A program made the position numbers and the translations under genes. Source: an uncultured Woeseia sp. (GTDB lineage: Bacteria; Pseudomonadota; Gammaproteobacteria; Steroidobacterales; UBA11654). From it: DNA of 48,033 bases. Below are positions 43,207-48,033 of the stretch, in pieces (the stretch's first letter is position 1; every line of letters starts with the position of its first letter). The notes under the pieces are model-generated. The model saw nothing but the letters and a program-made list of their open reading frames with translations. It did not search any database and had not been told where the DNA came from. The stretch lies in contig CAZVRH010000006.1 of the NCBI GenBank assembly GCA_964629335.1, positions 1 through 48,033 on the forward strand. Direction: 5' to 3'.

Positions 43207-43908
43207 TCAGTACTTAAGCTGGGTTAAATTGGCCTCGAAATTTGTTTTATTGTTTTCGATTTGTGTCAGTTTTATAGGAATAAAATTTAACTCTGGTGCG
43301 AGCCATAAAGAATTTATCTGGTCTGAATCCTTGGCTTGGTGACTAATCTTTATTGCTTGGTATTTACCGAAAGGAACGCTGATTTCTCCCATGTTTTCTT
43401 CTTTAATAATGCTAATCGTATTGAGTTCATCTTTATCTAAAACAATGAAGTTATTCATTTCAAGCTGTTGTTCTTTGGCATGCATTATTTGTAGTTGCAG
43501 AACAATTCTAGTAAGGGTGTTTTGTTCTAGATCAATTGTAAACTTCCTGTCCTTATAAAAGCCTGATAGTGAACTATTAGACCAAGAAAATGTAGCTTTT
43601 GATTCTCGTGGTTTCTTTCTTATCTTATCAATTAAATGATAATCTTCTACCTTAAGCAATGCGTCTTCAATCTTAAATGAGCTTCGTTCTACAAGACTGC
43701 CACCAATAACAACTTTCCAAATCCCAGTGGCCTGAGTGATCATTTCATAACTATAGATTTCTCCTTCTTTCGTTAGCTTTGTTGTCAATAAACCATCTGC
43801 TTGTTTTAATTTCACTGAATAAACAGCTTTGTATGGGTCGGGTATCGCATATGAAATATCTGCAGAGCAAACAAACAGTAACAGAAAAGATGTCAGGGTT
43901 TTTTTCAT
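43207..43908 (-). CDS. Secreted DUF3108-like protein
   Basis: Signal peptide, beta-rich, VPFG.Y.A and WLAPELNFIPIKL.Q motifs. Confidence 0.75.
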   Translation of the reverse strand: MKKTLTSFLLLFVCSADISYAIPDPYKAVYSVKLKQADGLLTTKLTKEGEIYSYEMITQATGIWKVVIGGSLVERSSFKIEDALLKVEDYHLIDKIRKKPRESKATFSWSNSSLSGFYKDRKFTIDLEQNTLTRIVLQLQIMHAKEQQLEMNNFIVLDKDELNTISIIKEENMGEISVPFGKYQAIKISHQAKDSDQINSLWLAPELNFIPIKLTQIENNKTNFEANLTQLKY

Positions 43909-44037
43909 TTCTATGACTTAGTATAAGACTTACAATAAATAAAATTAAGATTGGAATTATATCAATGGTGACACAGTGAGTCATTTCAAGAATGTTATTA
44001 ACCTTTTCAGCGACTATATCGGGAGCTTTTAAAGGCA

Positions 44038-44949
44038 ATGTATCTCTACACTCACCCTGATTGTGAAAACCACAAACTTGCTCAACACCCGGAAAGGCCT
44101 GAACGTTTAAAAGCAGTGATCAATCGCCTGGTAGAGACTGGTATGACTGAGGACATGCAGGTCAAATTGGCAGAGGAACTTGCTGATGATGTCATAACTC
44201 AGGTGCATCCTGAGAAGTACGTGTTAACCATTAATCAGAGTGAACCGACGAACTCAATCGCTCGCCTTGACCCAGACACCTACATGAGTGTCGGTAGCCT
44301 GAGGGCTGCAAAACTGGCTGCTGGCGCTTGTGTCAAGGCAGTCGACGATATTCTTCAAGATAAGACAGAACGGGCTTTTTGTGCGATTAGACCGCCTGGC
44401 CATCATGCAGAAGTTGCAGCTGCTATGGGTTTCTGTATTTTTAATAATATTGCTCTAGCAGCAGAGACAGCTTTGACCCATCCGGACATCAAGCGAGTCG
44501 CCATCGTGGATTTTGATGTTCATCATTGCAACGGTACCGTTGATATTTTTAAGAACAGGCCTGAAGTATTGGTTTGTTCCAGCTTCCAGGAAAACTTCTA
44601 TCCTTATCGTTATTTGGATTTTAGTAATAATCACATTATTAATACCCCTTTACCGAAGGGAACTGATGGCAAGAGTTTTCGAACAGCAATTGAAAGAGAT
44701 TGGTTACCAGAACTGGATGCCCATCGACCCGACTTCCTCTTAATTAGTGCTGGGTTTGATGCCCATGAACAGGATCCTTTAGCAGACTTGTGTTTGTGTG
44801 AAGAAGATTATGTTTGGATCACAACGCAGCTACTATCTATCGCCTCCAATCATTCCCAAGGAAGAGTTATATCAACTTTGGAGGGTGGCTACGATCTATC
44901 TTCACTGGCCAACAGCGTTGAAGCTCACGTCTCGGTATTAATGCAGTAG
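44038..44949 (+). CDS. Histone deacetylase-family Zn amidohydrolase
   Basis: HPERPERL, RPPGHHA, GFC, DFDVHH, SAGFDAH..DPL, LEGGY. Confidence 0.95.
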   Translation: MYLYTHPDCENHKLAQHPERPERLKAVINRLVETGMTEDMQVKLAEELADDVITQVHPEKYVLTINQSEPTNSIARLDPDTYMSVGSLRAAKLAAGACVKAVDDILQDKTERAFCAIRPPGHHAEVAAAMGFCIFNNIALAAETALTHPDIKRVAIVDFDVHHCNGTVDIFKNRPEVLVCSSFQENFYPYRYLDFSNNHIINTPLPKGTDGKSFRTAIERDWLPELDAHRPDFLLISAGFDAHEQDPLADLCLCEEDYVWITTQLLSIASNHSQGRVISTLEGGYDLSSLANSVEAHVSVLMQ

Positions 44950-45009
44950 CTATTTAAGCTTTTTTAAATAAACTTTATAAACTGAGTGGCTCATGGTCAA
45001 TATGGGCAT

Positions 45010-45038
45010 TTGATTAACTCTTCAATCGGTAAGATAAT
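45010..45038 (+). promoter_or_regulatory. Putative sigma70 promoter of the PhyH gene with overlapping dyad
   Basis: TTGATT, 17 bp, GATAAT; imperfect inverted repeat GATTAACTCTTCAATC at 45012-45027. Confidence 0.5.
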
Positions 45039-45067
45039 TATGTTGTTTAAAATCAAGAGGTAAAAAC

Positions 45068-45925
45068 ATGGCTAAGCTAACTCATCTCCCCTCAAACTGT
45101 TCAACCGACGATATAATCGAAGTTCTGGAACGTGAGGGTGCCGCTATTGTCGATGATTTTGTCAGTCAAACATGGTTGAAGGACTTCAATGCTGCGATTC
45201 AAACCGCCATCGATAACTATATCCCGTATGACTACGGTGAGCCTGAAGCACAGGATTTTCTGGGCTTTCAGACAGTTAGATTGAATGGCTTAATCAGCAA
45301 AGCGCCGAACTATATTGATCTGATATCTGATGAGCGACTGCTCAGCATAATGGACCACTTTCTCGCTCCAAATTGTGGTCAATACCGTCTAAATTCCAGT
45401 GAAATAATTGAGATCCATGGTGGTGAGACTGCTCAAGTGCTACATTGGGACGATGTTATCTGGCCCGCACATTTTTGGGCACCTGATCGATTGTTGCAAT
45501 TCAATGTGATGGTGGCAGCGACTGATTTTACGAAGTCCAATGGGGCAACACAGGTCGTGCCTGGAAGTCATAAATGGGATCATACCAAACGTCAGGTAAA
45601 GCCAAATGAAATTACTCAGGCAATCATGAGTGCAGGTAGTGCTGTATTTATACCAGGTAAAACTTTACACGGTGGTGGCGACAATACGGATGGAAGCAAA
45701 CGCAGGGCAATTGTTGCCTCTTATGTGCTCGGTTGGCTTCGTTCCCAGGAGAACCATTTTCTTCATACTACACTTGAACAGGCTCATAGTTGGCCTGAGC
45801 GTGTACGCCAACTTCTAGGATACGATCTGTTTGCACATTATGACGAAAATATAGAAGCCGGTCCTCTAGGTTATTATGAGTATGGTAGCCCCAGTGTGTT
45901 ATTCGAAACGGACATTGACGACTAG
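45068..45925 (+). CDS. PhyH-family 2OG/Fe(II) dioxygenase
   Basis: Q.LHWD, DFT..NGAT.V.PGSH, HGGG.N, GWLR..EN. Confidence 0.92.
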   Translation: MAKLTHLPSNCSTDDIIEVLEREGAAIVDDFVSQTWLKDFNAAIQTAIDNYIPYDYGEPEAQDFLGFQTVRLNGLISKAPNYIDLISDERLLSIMDHFLAPNCGQYRLNSSEIIEIHGGETAQVLHWDDVIWPAHFWAPDRLLQFNVMVAATDFTKSNGATQVVPGSHKWDHTKRQVKPNEITQAIMSAGSAVFIPGKTLHGGGDNTDGSKRRAIVASYVLGWLRSQENHFLHTTLEQAHSWPERVRQLLGYDLFAHYDENIEAGPLGYYEYGSPSVLFETDIDD

Positions 45926-45936
45926 ATAAATGACCA

Positions 45937-47472
45937 CTAGATTTTATTGGAATCAATCTTTAATTTTTTATACAAATTTCTTGCGGCAACAAAGGCAATC
46001 ATCGCAAAAGGTAGGCCAGTTACAATAACAGATGTCTGTAATGCCAATAATCCTCCACCCATCAAGAGAATAATAGCTATTATCCCAAGAGTTAATGCCC
46101 AAACTACCCGAGTAATTATTGCAGGATCGCTATGCTCGGAACCTTCTTGATTTGAAGAAGTCATCATCGCGGATACTAACGCACCCGAATCAGAGGAAGT
46201 TACAAAAAATGTAAGAATATTGATTAAAGAGAGACCCATTAAAAGAGTTGCACCAGGATACTGTTCTAAAAAAACGAAAAGCGATACTGAAATATTTTCA
46301 TTGATAGCATTGGCTAGTGATCCAGTGGCCATAAATTCTTGATATATAGCGGCATTTCCAAACACACTCAACCAAATGAAAACAATCAATGAGGGTAAAA
46401 AAACAACCCCAAGGATGAATTCCTTGATGGTTCTACCATAAGAAATTCTTGCTATAAAAAGACCTACAAAAGGTGACCATGCAAACCACCAGCAGTAATA
46501 GAATAATGTCCATGCATTTTGCCACTCAGAGTCACTGTAGGTGTTTACATTTGTAGACAGACTAATAAAATTTTGAATGTAAGACCCGATATTTTCTATA
46601 AATCCATCCAGAATATATCCAGTAGGTCCAAATAAAAATATAGTCATCAAAAAACAACCGCACAACATCATATTTAATTGCGAGAGTCTTTTTATGCCAG
46701 CGTTCAGACCCAAAACCACACTTATAAGCCCTAACATAGTAATAAAGATAATCACAACTAACTGCCCAGGAGAGGCATCAGAACTTAATGTTTCTATGGG
46801 TTGCCAATAACTGTTTGCAATATCCAGATATTCAAGTCCTGCACTTATCTGACTTGCTCCCAAACCTAATGATGTAGCTATACCAAAGACTGTTGCAAGA
46901 ATAGCAAACACATCAACTATCACCCGGCTCCAGGCGCTCTCGAGCCCAGCATCTAAAAAGAAGGAGCTGACTCTAAAAGGTCTTCCTAAATTAAATGCAA
47001 AATATGCAAAGCATAATCCGACGACACCGTATATAGCCCAAGCGTGAAACCCCCAATGTAAAAATGTTAGATTCATTGATAAAGTAGCCCGCTCATTGAA
47101 AGAAACACCTTCTTCAAAGAGTGCCGATGAGCTCAGATGCGAAACAGGTTCTGCGACCGAGTAAAATATTACTCCAATACCTAATCCAGCACTAAATAGC
47201 ATAGCGATCCAGTTTATAAAATTAAATTCTGGTTTCGCATCAGTTCCACCCAATCTAATTTCTCCAAACTGACTAATAGCTATCCATATACAAAAAATTA
47301 GAAAACCATTTGCACTTAAAATAATTAGCCATCCGAAGTTGTTAGCTATAAATGATTGTGTGCTATTAAAAAGATTGCTGGCAGTATCAAGGTTAACTAG
47401 GGTAACCCCTATAAAAGTTGAGATAAGAAATAAAGAAATGAAGAATCTCTTATAATCTATACTTTTAAACAT
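45937..47472 (-). CDS. BCCT-family transporter
   Basis: W.AMLFSAGLGIG, HWG.H.WAIY, WW..WSPFVG.FIARIS.GRTI.EF, FFVTSSDSG. Confidence 0.95.
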   Translation of the reverse strand: MFKSIDYKRFFISLFLISTFIGVTLVNLDTASNLFNSTQSFIANNFGWLIILSANGFLIFCIWIAISQFGEIRLGGTDAKPEFNFINWIAMLFSAGLGIGVIFYSVAEPVSHLSSSALFEEGVSFNERATLSMNLTFLHWGFHAWAIYGVVGLCFAYFAFNLGRPFRVSSFFLDAGLESAWSRVIVDVFAILATVFGIATSLGLGASQISAGLEYLDIANSYWQPIETLSSDASPGQLVVIIFITMLGLISVVLGLNAGIKRLSQLNMMLCGCFLMTIFLFGPTGYILDGFIENIGSYIQNFISLSTNVNTYSDSEWQNAWTLFYYCWWFAWSPFVGLFIARISYGRTIKEFILGVVFLPSLIVFIWLSVFGNAAIYQEFMATGSLANAINENISVSLFVFLEQYPGATLLMGLSLINILTFFVTSSDSGALVSAMMTSSNQEGSEHSDPAIITRVVWALTLGIIAIILLMGGGLLALQTSVIVTGLPFAMIAFVAARNLYKKLKIDSNKI

Positions 47473-47609
47473 AATCTACGTAATACGAAAATAATTTTTT
47501 TACCCAAAAAACCTTAATTTTAATGACTTCTACAAATTTAAGATAAAATATACTACAATTTACGTCATAATTATTGGATACTTACTTATCTAATCGGGGG
47601 ATATAAAAG

Positions 47610-48033
47610 ATGACAAGAAAACAACAGAAAGCCTTAAACAGATCAAAGGCTGTTAAAAGAAGACAAAATATAATTAAAAACGGAGCGAAATCTGCCGCCG
47701 CTGTCGCAGTTGCAAGTGCCGCCATTGCTGCTCCTAATATCAGTGCTCAAGATTCAAGTGCTCAAGCAACCATCGAAGAAATTGTTGTAACATCAAGAAA
47801 GAAATCGGAGAGTCTGCAAGACGTTCCTTTGTCGGTTTCTACACTAACTGAGGAATCGCTTGAACAATCAGGAATCAATACCTTCGAGGACTATCTCTTG
47901 CAATTACCAGGAGTTACCGCAGGAGGATCAGGTCCTGGTCAAAATACAATATACATTCGAGGCCTTGCATCGACTACTCCAAACCTCACAACAGCAGGTG
48001 TTGCTGGCCTAGCACCTAACGTATCTTTCTACC
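47610..48033 (+). CDS. TonB-dependent receptor, N-terminal part (runs off window)
   Basis: Manual translation: signal peptide, TonB box IEEIVVTSRK, ESLQDVPLSVS, LPGV, IYIRG plug motifs. Not in ORF track. Confidence 0.93.
   Translation, partial: MTRKQQKALNRSKAVKRRQNIIKNGAKSAAAVAVASAAIAAPNISAQDSSAQATIEEIVVTSRKKSESLQDVPLSVSTLTEESLEQSGINTFEDYLLQLPGVTAGGSGPGQNTIYIRGLASTTPNLTTAGVAGLAPNVSFY

Noticed and set aside
43751-44038. 95-aa minus-strand ORF over the DUF3108 start and the intergenic region
   Set aside because: Overlaps DUF3108 out of frame by 158 bp and has no recognisable features.
44509-44538. HDAC motif DFDVHHCNGT with Cys in place of the usual Gly
   Set aside because: Zn ligands and catalytic His pair and Tyr are intact; a single substitution is not enough to claim a new function.
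2866-46150. Many short antisense or alternate-frame ORFs in the track (e.g. 5654-5959, 6311-6667, 17256-17594, 32190-32540, 40037-40450)
   Set aside because: They lie within well-supported genes and show no motifs; typical shadow ORFs.
47520-47575. CTACAA(A)TTTA direct repeat and ATGAC/GTCAT arms upstream of the TonB receptor; possible riboswitch or Fur box
   Set aside because: Short AT-rich matches; the spacer is too short and unstructured for a riboswitch, and there is no convincing Fur consensus.
1-48033. CRISPR arrays, tRNA/rRNA, IS elements, integrases, prophage or defence genes
   Set aside because: No spaced repeats or such motifs seen by eye; intergenic gaps are all under about 200 bp and the largest holds 6S RNA.

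Overview
Gene-dense, AT-rich segment of a streamlined gammaproteobacterial chromosome (marine SAR86-like or similar; lineage is inference). Mostly housekeeping genes: secY end, rpmJ, alpha operon, trpS, uvrA/ssb, miaB-ybeZ-ybeY-corC-lnt-leuS-lptE, cysS, holA-rsfS-rlmH, yhdP-nit-tldD/pmbA, purE, purC, rpe, rplM-rpsI, rpiA, zapA-6S RNA-fau, ygfB-pepP. It also carries a TetR-MFP-RND efflux operon with a clear promoter and operator, and ends in an HDAC/PhyH/BCCT/TonB-receptor cluster. I saw no tRNA, rRNA, CRISPR or mobile element. Best leads: (1) two secreted proteins with predicted N-terminal His, a divergent AztD-like beta-propeller and a protein of three 35-aa His-bearing repeats; (2) a 385-aa YhdP lacking most of its central bridge; (3) a 2OG-Fe(II) oxygenase plus nucleoside transporter facing thymidine kinase; (4) an acidic N-terminal extension on RpoA. 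All family calls come from motif recognition, not database searches.
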